Source: Botryllus schlosseri (lineage: Eukaryota). Taken from it: DNA of 64,000 bases. Positions 49,277-60,171 of this stretch are shown here, one piece after another. Numbering within the stretch: position 1 is the first letter of the stretch; the number at the start of each line of letters is the position of its first letter. The stretch is from NCBI GenBank assembly GCA_051294905.1, contig CM119375.1, positions 9,114,001 to 9,178,000 of the forward strand, read 5' to 3'. The notes below the pieces were generated by a model that saw only the letters and a program-made list of their open reading frames with translations, was not told where the DNA came from and did no database searches. The position numbers were made by a program, and so were the translations under genes.

Positions 49277-50610
49277 CAGCACCGTAACTGCCGCACCCCA
49301 AACCCCCCAATTGGGGGGGGGGCGAGCTCGAAGGGGGCCCCAAATTATTTCGTGAATTAGCATAAATTAATTGAAAATTGATTAACATAATTGAAAATTT
49401 ATGCAATTTTTTCCAAAATTTTTCGCGCCGGGCGCGATTTAAAGTTGCCAAATATCTTGATTATTTGGTACTCTTCCCCCAAGAAAAAACACGCAAGGTT
49501 TCTAGAAATGGACATATCGGCGTTGGCCATTAACACGCCCCTACGTACCAAGATATATAACGATTTAGGACTTATTACATGCGACTCCAAGAAGTGTGCC
49601 AGAACGATCGGCAGTGCGAAAAGCTTGGCCGAAACGGACTGCCCTTACGCAGACCGAAAACTTCGTTATATATACAAAATATTAGGTTTAATTGTCCATA
49701 GGCGCCTAAATGACTGGCGCCATATGTTCCTGTCTTGGCAATCTGAACCTCAGAAGACAAATACCATCCAGCAGGAAAAAAATATATGCTAGTGAAGAAA
49801 TACCAATTTAAAATCGTGTGCGTCTTTTAGTTTAGTACGTTTGAGCGATCCTATATTTTTGATATAGCAGACAGCAGGTCACGAAATAAAATCATGTAAC
49901 GAAGTCATACCAACGGGTCCGCCCGCCCGAAGATGTTTAATTATTATTTACGGGCGCTACAGTTTCCGGTAAATCTGATAACGTGAGCAGAGAGGACAAG
50001 ATATTGATAGCAGTATATATATATGAAATTCCCGATGTTTGGCCGATTGTATCATGAATTATCGAAAATTTTCGCGCTTCGAGCTGGCTCACTAAACAGT
50101 GCCGCTAATTTCGTGGCAAAAGCGAACACTGTGATGAGGGGTCGGTTTATCACCCTATGAGAACCCAAAACCCAAGTTTTTGTGGGGGGGGGGGCAACGC
50201 TGACGAAGTGCTGTTTCGTTCCTGCCAACGGCTATACGCCCGAAGATGTCTAATTATTATTGGGCGGTCCTACGTTTTAAAACAGACCTCGCTCAGCTCT
50301 ACCGGTAAATCTGATTACGTGAGCAGAGAGAGGATCAAAATCGATCGCAATATATATGTAATTCCCGATGATATTGCCCGATTACATTCTTGAATTACTA
50401 AAATTTTTCGCGCTACGCGCGTCTAGGCGGGAAAAGCTGTCTCACCAAACGGACACCCAATGGCGATGTCAAATAGCGTCAAAAAGCGGATAGCCAAAGG
50501 GGGGTTTGGGGGGCGAAGCCCCCCAGAAGTTAGGTTCAGCACCCCATGGGGGGCCCAAGGCCAACGTTTTTTTTGGGGGGGGGGGCTGACGAAGTGCTGT
50601 TACGGCCCTG
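49277..50610. mobile_element. hAT-like non-autonomous element, 1334 bp, with poly-G/C subtermini
   Basis: Ends cagcaccgtaac / gttacggccctg; perfect TSD tctatagt (49269-49276, 50611-50618). Confidence 0.88.
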
Positions 50611-52374
50611 TCTATAGTAATACGTGCTTCAGAATCGAATCACTCAGGTACTCGATTTTGCCCAGCCCGTCTTATTTTTATTCCCATACCGACACCAGAT
50701 GGCATACGTAAGGTGTAATTTAAATGGTTTTGTTTATGATTTCCAGCTAGAATGGCGAAGGTTCTTGTTTTCTAACAAACGACTTCAATCGCTGCTTGTC
50801 GGAATTCGCGTGATTCTGGAAGCTGGAGCCATTGCCATCGCAACATCGCAAGCAATGAAGTATATCTTTGCGATGAAACTATTTCGTGATTCTCGAACTT
50901 GCCGTAAATCCCCATATTATACCTTACTCGTTTGCTGCTCTGCCAAGTTGATGAACAAATCCATTATTGGTACCAACCAGTACCATAGAATCAAGTGTAT
51001 TTGATGAAGATACGTTAATTTATTCGGAAACTAATGATAAATCGACCTATGACACAAAAATCACGTCCACGAACTGTACTTTGCAATTGGCATCAATCCT
51101 GACCTGCTAGGCAGAAGTCTGTGTTTCAGTTCTCATCATTTCCAAAGTCAATCTGGGTCTCGAACTTGGTTTAGTTCTTGAATTGAAGTCAAGTCACATT
51201 GTCTTGTGTTGTCCTTTCCTTGATGTTGGTTCACTTCGACAGGAAAAAATTTCGACGCCTTGATGTACTACCTAGTATTTTACCGAATTCTGTTGCCTTT
51301 GATATGGAAGGAATTACAATAAATTTTGTTTGAACATCGATCTAATTATGGGCTCTTGGCCAATAGAATTTGATATTCATAGTATCTATTCAGTTTCTGC
51401 AAGTGGGTTACAGAAGGCGCATCTGAAATTCTATATTCTAAATGTTCCAAATCAATAATGAAGTGACGATTGAGTAAAATTCATTCATATATGAACTTGG
51501 GTGTCTGTTTGCTCTGTGACTACAGTTTGTTTACACAACAATCATAGGCCTTATATTAGTAGTAATTTAATCATGCAAGATGACTGTGTTTTATTTCCCG
51601 GATTGTAGTCAAGGTCGACAGGTTGTTACACTTTGAAAACACCATTTTGTGTGATTAAATGAGGATTTCCAACTAAAGTTTGCAGAAAAAACATCAGTAA
51701 AATTATTTTGACCAGGCATGGATGCAATAAGTGTCATCGGTTATGTGGATGTATTGTATATTGTATGTTGACATAAATTCATATTCATTGTCATGGTGCT
51801 TACCCTGCTTATATAGCATCATGCAATGTCCGTTGTGATTTGATCAATCACCCTCTAGCTTGCGTTGATACCTGATTAACGTAAGATAATAGCCTGGGGC
51901 ATTAAGATTTCTATCAGCCTTCTAGATGCTGTATTGCTCATACTCATGCATAAATATCTGTCAGATGGAAAGAGCTTTCTTCTGAGCAATTATAGTAGTA
52001 TGCCTAGCAGTATCAGGGTGTGATAAATAGAACCGGTACAAATTGTTTTTGTATCATCATTTGGTATATATCTTGTTGCAGTAAGCCACTGTTCTTGTTA
52101 GTATCTTACTATGGTAGTTCTGCCGATCCTATGTTAAAATTTCAGGCTGTATGCTGAATAATATGTAAATTGCAAGAATGTATTTTTGTTATTGTGGCCT
52201 CATGCCGATTATTTAGCTTATATTTGATATTGTCAACCACCCATTGTGTGCATAGTGATTTTGATTGAAAAAACAGCTATTTAACATTTCACTGGTGCAC
52301 ATGAAATAATACAAGTAGATGTATTCGTCTTTCAAATACTAAAATTTTGAATCAATACCACAGGGCTTAAGCTC

Positions 52375-52938
52375 CAGGGTTGTAACCAAGTCGCAAGGCT
52401 TCGAGTCACAAGTCAATCTCACTTTAATACTTTTGACTCGAGTCAATTCGAATCATTTTCAATTCACCACCGAGTCAAGTCCGAGTCCAAGTTATCGAGC
52501 AGAGGGTCGAGTCCGAGCCATGGTATTATGACTCGAGTCCGAGTCCAAGTCATTGTGTTGACTGCTCAGTTTCCAGTTAAAGTCTTGTTAAACCCACTTT
52601 TTATAACTCTGTTTGGTGATATCAAATGGTTCGAATTAATAATATACTAATTTTCCTCTTTTTTAGCAGTTTCTGGTCGCATTTTCAAGTGCCAGTACCG
52701 ATAGACGAAATCCCGATGGGGTGGTTACTTTACTATTCTTCGAAATTACAATCAAATATCGGTCTTGGCCACCTCAGTCACGAGTCATATGACTTGGTTC
52801 GAGTCATGTGAAATGACTCGAGTCCAAGTCGAGTCAATACACCGATTGACTCGAGTCGAGTCATTTCTGTATTTTAAGAAAGTGACTCAAGTTAAGTCGA
52901 GTCATCAGGAAATCGTGACTCGAGTCATTATAGCCCTG
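52375..52938. mobile_element. MITE built of GACTCGAGTC-type palindromic repeats
   Basis: Ends cagggttgtaac / attatagccctg; more than 15 gagtc/gactc motifs; TSD weak (5/8). Confidence 0.75.
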
Positions 52939-53338
52939 GTAAAATCACAACTTACCATTCTTTGACGCCAAATTCTCATGAGCCGTTGCTCATTTAGGCT
53001 ACCATGGTTTAGAAACGAAGCCTTTTCCTTATAGCATATCTCTTTACATATCGCATATTTACAATCTGATTCGAGTAACATCAATTATGCATAAACCAAG
53101 ACAATTTCAAAGGATTAAGCATCGTACGTGTATAACCTTCCAGGACTTTTTGTATAGTTATTTTATATTGCTGTTTGTCCGACGATGTCATAAGCCTGTG
53201 CCGTGTTGCTGAAATCTTTCGAAGAATGTCCCAAAATGCCTGACGCTGGTGTCGTGTCCCTGGGAAATAAAAAGGTCTTCTGTTACGTGTGTTCCTGTCG
53301 CTTGGTGGATGTCTTTGAATAATTCATTACGTAACGAG

Positions 53339-53907
53339 ATGACGGAGAGAGATGATTCGCTCACTTTTAAGGGTCCGTTAAATAAAAACGGCAGCGACGC
53401 TAGCTCTCTCTCTAATAAAAGAAGGCTGAAGACAAAATCAATACGCAACCAATCAAATTCCACAGACCGTGACGATAAAAACGATGAAGTTTTCGACGAG
53501 AAGGAAATTTATGAACTGGACACAAGCTTAAAGGCACTTAATGATGTTGTGAAAGACTTGGAAGACTGCCTAGCAGATCAGATATTCGACCAAAGTGACG
53601 AGGGGGAAGATACATGTGAAAAAACATCTGATACATGTAAAGGTGAAAGTGTCACCAAGGAAAAGGTTGTGCGGGATTCCAGTTTGACGCGAAAGTTTTC
53701 TCACAATTCAAATCATTCTAATAATATCCTTTCTGATGAATTGAGCCGGCACCTGAATGATGTTTCATTGATAAATGGAGATGGTGATGAGCTTTGCGTT
53801 GAGATAAAGGAAAGAGATTCCGTTAGACCATTATTTGCGTTTACATTCGCTAAATCGGATTTATTACGACATTCACTTACCAGGCGGAGACGCTACCTTA
53901 CAGCCAA
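53339..53907 (+). CDS. Uncharacterised gene, coding exon 1 (acidic, Ser-rich)
   Basis: Part of the 220-aa ORF (MTERDDSLTF...RYLTAK), ending exactly at aa|GTAAGT (phase 2). An alternative in-frame ATG is at 53309. Confidence 0.8.
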
Positions 53908-54365
53908 GTAAGTGAAATTGATCGTCTGTAAAACCTGAATTTTACATGTGCGTTGAGCAATGCGCATGGTCAACAATTGTGTATTTTTAGCATACTCTTT
54001 GAATGACTGATGAGGCAAAACTGTCTTTGTTTAGCCCTAAACTTAGCCTGTCTCTTCAGCTCGTTTTTCCCTTTCAATCTGACAGGAAACGGGGTAAAAA
54101 ATAAAGGTGATAATAGAGGGTTGTCAAGCCCCGCTGAATATGATGGAATCTGTCATTTTAATCGCGTTTTGTGAAGCAGACAGCTGCTTTTACACTTTAC
54201 AGTCAGATGCTGCTGTTTTCGTGTGCTCGTATTAAATGAAATGATTTTAAAATAACCTATATTCCTACTAAATACTTGTTTTGAAAGGCATACCAATAAT
54301 TTACTAGTCCAATCAATAATATCTCATTGCTATCAACCTAATTCATTACTGGTGCTGTGTTTTAG

Positions 54366-54430
54366 AACGATGGGCAATAATTCGAGTCATCACGCGGAGA
54401 AAAAAGGACCAAAGAAAGAGAAGAACAAAG
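54366..54430 (+). CDS. Uncharacterised gene, exon 2 (TMGNNSSHHAEKKGPKKEKNK)
   Basis: gtgttttag| acceptor and aaag|gttatt donor; phase 2 in, phase 1 out, open frame. Confidence 0.7.
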
Positions 54431-54572
54431 GTTATTGAATGGCTTAAATTCGTAGTTGAGTTTGAGGAATTCGAAAGTTGATTGAAGTTCTTAAAATTTC
54501 GTACTGGTGCAGCATAGTATTTAGTATGAAACCCTTTGGCCTAGATAAATGAGACATGTTTCATTTTTGCAG

Positions 54573-54669
54573 TTGGAAGGAGGAAACTAAGGAGAGATGG
54601 CGGTGCTTCAGATGACAAGCAGGCAAAATCTATTGCTAGGAAGCGTTTACATTCGAAGAACTCCTCAAG
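54573..54669 (+). CDS. Uncharacterised gene, exon 3 (VGRRKLRRDGGASDDKQAKSIARKRLHSKNSS)
   Basis: tttttgcag| acceptor and tcaag|gtctgt donor; phase 1 in, phase 2 out; 97 nt open. Confidence 0.72.
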
Positions 54670-55809
54670 GTCTGTGAATAAAATTCTGACCCAAGCTAAA
54701 ATCTGGGAATGACAAGATAATGTAGGCTATCATTGTTATTTTTGTGCCATATAAGGTTCTATTTACCCACATCACTTGATTTATCGGAAATGAATGAATC
54801 TTAAATCTGGAGTCCAGGAATAGACTCTCGGAGGTACATAACTTCAATATGCAATTGAGTAAACCCGAATAATTTCGGCTGATACTCATCAGAGGTAATC
54901 GTCAACAACTAGTAGAGAATTGGAAAGAGCATTGTATATCAACATTGTCAACACTTGTATCACCAAATATGACGTCACCCATTCGGGTTTATTTCAATAT
55001 GTATGGTATTCAATTGTATAGTGCAGGATAAGTAAGATATATGTTTTGATATACCGTAAGCTCAAGAATGTTGTGTCTCATACATAGGCCTAGCCTACTA
55101 ACTCCCATAAGTAACCAAGTCAGTCCTTCCCAAACTTTCTTTTCGCCTTTCCTATGTAATAATGAGTCAAGCATTGAGTCGCTTTTCTAGTAAAAAAATT
55201 GACCGAATGTTCTGACATTTTCTTCCCACAACCGACCCATTCGTTATTTTTGCCCCCTGTCTCTCAAAATCTTCTCCAGGGAGGCGATATTGCCCCCTTG
55301 AAGAACCACTGGTTGTTGTGCATTTAATGACGCCTCTTATATGCGAGCACCTGCAGTATACCAAAGAATGTCTATCTGAGTAATTCAAAGTACACAGATC
55401 TAATGCTCCTGTATTCTCACTTTACGTGGACAGTCGCTATGCACAAAATGATTTGCTCAACATCCTTCAATTTACAGCTGACTGTAATCCTAGCTTGTTG
55501 ATTTGCGGTGGCTTCATTCTACCACAAAATAATGTTGTGCCTTGTTGCTTTTTGTATTCAACGGTGACATTGTGTCGGTGAAAAAAAGCGAAATCACGGA
55601 GGCGTTCGATAGATTCATTGTATGTTAATGTTTCGGTAAAGTTTTTAAAATGTGTGCTTGTTTTCGTAATATTTTTCCCTACAATAATTTGCCAATGCGT
55701 AATGTCGCTGATCAAACAATTTCGTAAGTTACTTACTACGTAACAGCAAACTGATTTTGTGGCAATGGGTCGGAATATCGCTTATTCACAGCAACCTGGT
55801 ATGTTACAG

Positions 55810-55886
55810 ATATTCGAAAAATGACGACGATAGCAGCCTTCCATCTCCAGAGCATACTCAGTCGACAGATAAGAGCGATGCCAAAG
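55810..55886 (+). CDS. Uncharacterised gene, exon 4 (RYSKNDDDSSLPSPEHTQSTDKSDAK)
   Basis: gttacag| acceptor and aaag|gtgaga donor; phase 2 in, phase 1 out. Confidence 0.72.
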
Positions 55887-56098
55887 GTGAGATCCGGAAG
55901 TTTTAACGTTTCAGTCTTATGTAGAATATGTGTAGGTTACATTTCATATTCATGCCTCGGGTAATATTATCGTGTGTGTTGTCATGCGCGCTAATGCCGT
56001 ATCGTAGCACGTTTTTCGACGCGAGTAACTTTCGGCGCATTTTACAGTCTATAGATGACGGTGCCGCTACGATGTTGTGACCAATTTGCATCTTTCAG

Positions 56099-56278
56099 CT
56101 GACGATAAATATTCCGCCGGAAAGATAAAATCTCCGCGCTTGACCGATTCTCCGACTTCCTCTACGTCAAACGTCTCGAATCGATCGTTTTATGACTTGC
56201 TCTCGTATAAGCCGTCTCTCCAGTCTGAGTTTGACTTCAGGAAAAGTACTTTAAAATCGTCAGTCGGCAAACTAGGGG
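56099..56278 (+). CDS. Uncharacterised gene, exon 5 (ADDKYSAGKIKSPR...SSVGKLG)
   Basis: catctttcag| acceptor and ggg|gtgaga donor; lies within ORF 56077-56478; phase 1/1. Confidence 0.7.
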
Positions 56279-56853
56279 GTGAGATTTTTGTGGAAGGAAT
56301 TTATTTACTATTTTTGAAGTCGGGTCTGTTATTGTATAATAGTTGGTCAAAGTACAAAGTTTTTATACTGATATATGATTTATACTGGATAACAAGTAGA
56401 AGTATCATTTTCCAAGATATCTCAAAACTACTTCAAGTGGAAGTAGAAAGTGATGATCTGAAAATTACTAATTCGTAGTTTTAAATAGTAGCAGATTTGA
56501 TCGAGACTAAACGTACCGTTTCGCAGTCGATTGTAGTTGGGCTACTTTTGAAAATTGCAGAATGCGTCTTCAAATACAAATATTTGATCAAATAAATGCT
56601 TGCGAAGAAATCAATGCCTGCGACTTGGGTTCGGATCATGTTTTTCGTACTGTAACTCCTATTTCATATCCAGCATCACTTTGAATTTTCTCGATAAACC
56701 AATGACGTAGATTCCTGCAGCTATTGTTTAAACAGCAATTTGCCATCGTGTTTGTATGTCTTTTTCGTGCGCGGCGGTATCGCTGTCAAATCGAAATCGA
56801 GATGATGCTTTTGGCTGATATTATCGCAGGTAAAATTATGCTATATCTTTCAG

Positions 56854-56982
56854 AGGAGCATGAGCAATCGCACCGGGAGGACAACTGTCCAGGAGGGAAA
56901 CTTGCAGATTCAACACTGGCAACCTTAAACGGCGTTCGCTGCGCGATATCAAGCCTACAGGGCGCTGTCGACAATACGAATG
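56854..56982 (+). CDS. Uncharacterised gene, exon 6 (EEHEQSHREDNCPGG...AVDNTN)
   Basis: atctttcag| acceptor and aatg|gttagt donor; phase 1/1; matches the tail of ORF 56724-56987. Confidence 0.72.
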
Positions 56983-58179
56983 GTTAGTTCTATGCGTTGA
57001 ATCGGCCAATGACGCGTCTCGCGTAAGATGCAAACTGTATCAGCTTTTTTGGAGTAGACTACTCATGTAGGCTTTGCCTGTTTCTTGACTACTCCCACTT
57101 CCACTTGACAATTTGTTAGGCAAAAGTAGGCTACTTTTTAGACTCTCGATTTGGTAAGGTAGAAAGTAGTTTTGGAATTTGTTTGCATCACGTTTACAAG
57201 CGAAATTGTCGTAAGGACTCGGGGAAATAACCCCTGTATCGCCATAACTGAATATATTTTGAATATATTATTAATTTTGCGTTAGCCGTGAGAACGCACC
57301 CTGCAATTTTGAAAGTAGCCGCCTTCGAACAACTACTTAAATCTAATTTTTAAAACCAAGCAATTCGGTGATTTTGAAATCTTAATTTTTTATGTCCACT
57401 CGAAAAAGTTTTGACGTGTCTTGAAAATCGGTACTTCTTCTTGAGTACTTCAATGGATCAATGGAGTACTTGCTGATTAAGTGTCAGATGAAATCTAACA
57501 ACAGCCAGTGTACAGGAATCTGTGTATTCAAATTGTGGTGCAATATTGACAGATAACTTTGAGTTATTTCATTCTATCACCGAAAATGCGCCCGGTCTGA
57601 ACAAAGACATATTTCAGCCGCGATGCGTATCGCTCTGCTGTGTGCTTTTATAACGCCAAGTGAACTGCGAAACCGCAGATAATATGTTAACTGTAATGGC
57701 TAAGGCCGGATGCAGCGATATTCGTGAGAGTTGTGTATCAATTGTAGGCCTACGCCTACGTTATTGTTAATGGGTCCAGTCGCTTCTGAAGTTTTCTTTG
57801 TACTGGCACAATCATACAAAATGACTTCATACTCGGCATGATTTAGCTTGCAAAAAGTAGTTATTTGACTGGAAAAAAACTGTGGTAGTAGAATACTGAA
57901 CACAAGACAACTGCTTGGCTTACTCGGAAAAGTAAATTTCAAGCTTTGACGGATTTCGTTTCGTATTATTCGCATACCTGACCGGAATTATTTTTCTAAT
58001 CTATGTACCTCGATCACTAGATTTTGAACGACCATCCATGGTCCCGTACAGCAGGAAGCCGTTTTGAGAACTTATATTTTGCTGAAGTAGGCGGTTATCT
58101 GTTCGAGCACCTCTTTGTGTACTTGAGAATAGAAAAATTTGTTGTTTTATTGAAGATTTTAGATTTTCTTGTTCCACAG

Positions 58180-58241
58180 TCCAGTTCATTCGTTTCAAGT
58201 GCCGCTCGTATGCCAGGTCGGAATTTATTTGCGCGCTTGTG
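58180..58241 (+). CDS. Uncharacterised gene, probable exon 7 (VQFIRFKCRSYARSEFICALV)
   Basis: Strong ttttcttgttccacag| acceptor and gtg|GTAAGG donor; open for phase 1 in, phase 0 out. Confidence 0.5.
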
Positions 58242-59034
58242 GTAAGGTCAGCTTGGTTAATTGTCGGCGCTGCGTTTATTGATGGAAGTATTACGTTGAT
58301 ATTCTATGGATCATGTACTGTACAGTGTACACAGTTCGCAGGACTTGGTTTCGGATGGTTTGAAATTGTGAAGCAAAAAAAAAAACTAAATCATTATGTG
58401 TGATATGATAACAAATCAGCGGGATCAAAGTTTACTGAAGGCAAATAAAATTGTGCAGGGCTTGGAATATTTGCTGTAAAACCTTGTTTTGGCAAATTCC
58501 GCGAACGCCCACCTGGAGCAGTGGTTCTAAATCTTACAGTGCCTGACTAGATTGTAATATACATTTTCGGAATCAGTGCGACAGATGGCTAAAATTTTAC
58601 CAGATTTTGTTCTCGTCTTTTAATGGTGGCAAGGTTATAAAAAGAACTACCGTACATTGGATTTTTGCGATGTGTATTGTATTTTTGGGGTCGGGGTCTT
58701 CCAAAAGTTTGAGTTAAGGCTTGTTAAAAGTGCTGTGCCGAATTACCGCTTCAATCATTTTGTCCGAATTTCAGAAAAATCAACGCCGACCGATTTCTGG
58801 AAGGGTAAAAATTACTCGGGCAAGAGACACCCCGCCATCAGTACGTCCTACCCCATTCTGTCAACACGGACCCCTCTTTCGCCCGCGTGTTCGCAACAAT
58901 CGCCTAACCCAGACAGCCCCGCCGAACCAGCGGCCACCCAGGACGCCGACAAGTAAGCAAATTTCTACTTTTAAAACACGCTTCGAGGTAGCTTGAACAG
59001 AACAGCAGGATTGTAAAAAAAGGGTATGCAGCAT

Positions 59035-59080
59035 ACCGTAATTTTCCATGTATAGTATGCGCCCATGTATAATGCGCAGT
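59035..59080. mobile_element. End fragment of a TACCGTA-type (pogo/Tigger-like) MITE
   Basis: taccgtaattttccatgtatagtatgcgcccatgtataatgcgca resembles that TIR class; no partner end found. Confidence 0.35.
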
Positions 59081-59608
59081 GGCAGTGCGGCAGTGCGCAC
59101 CCTTAAAATGCCATATCAAAACTAGGAAAAAGCCTGTACCCTGTACGAGCAGGCGATCGACCAAGCGTCTGATACGAGAGCATTGTGTTCGTACGGAGTG
59201 TGTTTGAAGCGGCAGAGAAGAAAGGTGTATCAACTAGATTTCTACCATAGCGTGGGGTGTGAACCAGGCGAACGATACTTTTACCCCCTTCAAATGGGTG
59301 ATAACGAGTCGAACACACCTACCAGGGGTGGAAAGTAGGTGCGTTAATCAGATTTACACCAAAGTCCGTGCATGATGGCTGGGTGCGATGCGCGATTGAC
59401 AACAGACAAGAACAAAGTTGTAATTGCAAGTTTTAGTTCGAGAGATCTTAAAAACACAATGCAAGCGTCCCTCAGACTTCTATTTACCAATATTCTAACG
59501 TTCTGCTATTTACAGCGCTGGAAACTGTAAAAATACATCCGTAAACTACTTAGTTTTTCGCACAATTTTCAAACTAAAAATGACGACAACTCAGATGCTG
59601 TTTCACAG

Positions 59609-59861
59609 ATAGACGCTTTATTACTTGGTTTAAGTAGAAACAGTCGGTTCATGGAGAACCTTGCGGTATTTCACAGACTGACAGTACTTTACAAGATTAA
59701 TCTCGACACACTGTGCGACAATACCTTGCCGTCAAACGATAGTCCCGATGTCAACGCCGACTCAGCCACTGTGACGGATGAATGTCAACAATTGGATGAA
59801 GCCGAAGCTAATCTGATGTCGAACATCGACAAACTGATGTCTTCCGAACGCGGGTTTGAAG
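59609..59861 (+). CDS. Uncharacterised gene, probable exon 8 (IDALLLGLSRNSRFMENL...SERGFE)
   Basis: ctgtttcacag| acceptor (phase 0) and gaag|gtacga donor; contains the 5' part of ORF 59651-60025. The 5' boundary is uncertain (see findings). Confidence 0.55.
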
Positions 59862-60118
59862 GTACGATTAACGATATCCTGCTATCAAATTCAATATGGC
59901 AATCATTTCCTTTGGCACTTACGTATTGTAGTACATTTATTGGTAATATGTTGATTGTATTTAATAGGTTAATTCTTAATTCTGATTGTCTTCGATTCAT
60001 TTCGAAACGTCCCAGTCAGGAGTGAACATTCGTAAACACTGTACATTCTTTGATGGAACATTTCATCACTTCATCAATATTCAATATATCATAATTAAGA
60101 CATTGTATTTTATTCTAG

Positions 60119-60171
60119 CCTTCGCCGCACTGCACTTCTCAATCTATTTGTATTTCTACGTCTACTTCTAG
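60119..60171 (+). CDS. Uncharacterised gene, possible terminal exon (AFAALHFSIYLYFYVYF*)
   Basis: ttgtattttattctag| acceptor, phase 1. The full 9-exon join is 1485 nt, which is 495 codons including the stop. Confidence 0.35.

Noticed and set aside
49300-50590. Poly-G runs as G-quadruplex regulatory elements
   Set aside because: They are subterminal parts of the 49277-50610 transposon, and homopolymer lengths are unreliable.
52375-52938. Array of palindromic repeats resembling CRISPR or REP
   Set aside because: Eukaryotic context, irregular unit length, no unique fixed-length spacers, and bounded by TIRs.
53339-60171. The + gene as the formin linked to gremlin (MGN start resembles FMN2)
   Set aside because: No polyproline FH1 or FH2, it is divergent rather than convergent to gremlin, and it appears to end before 61.5 kb.
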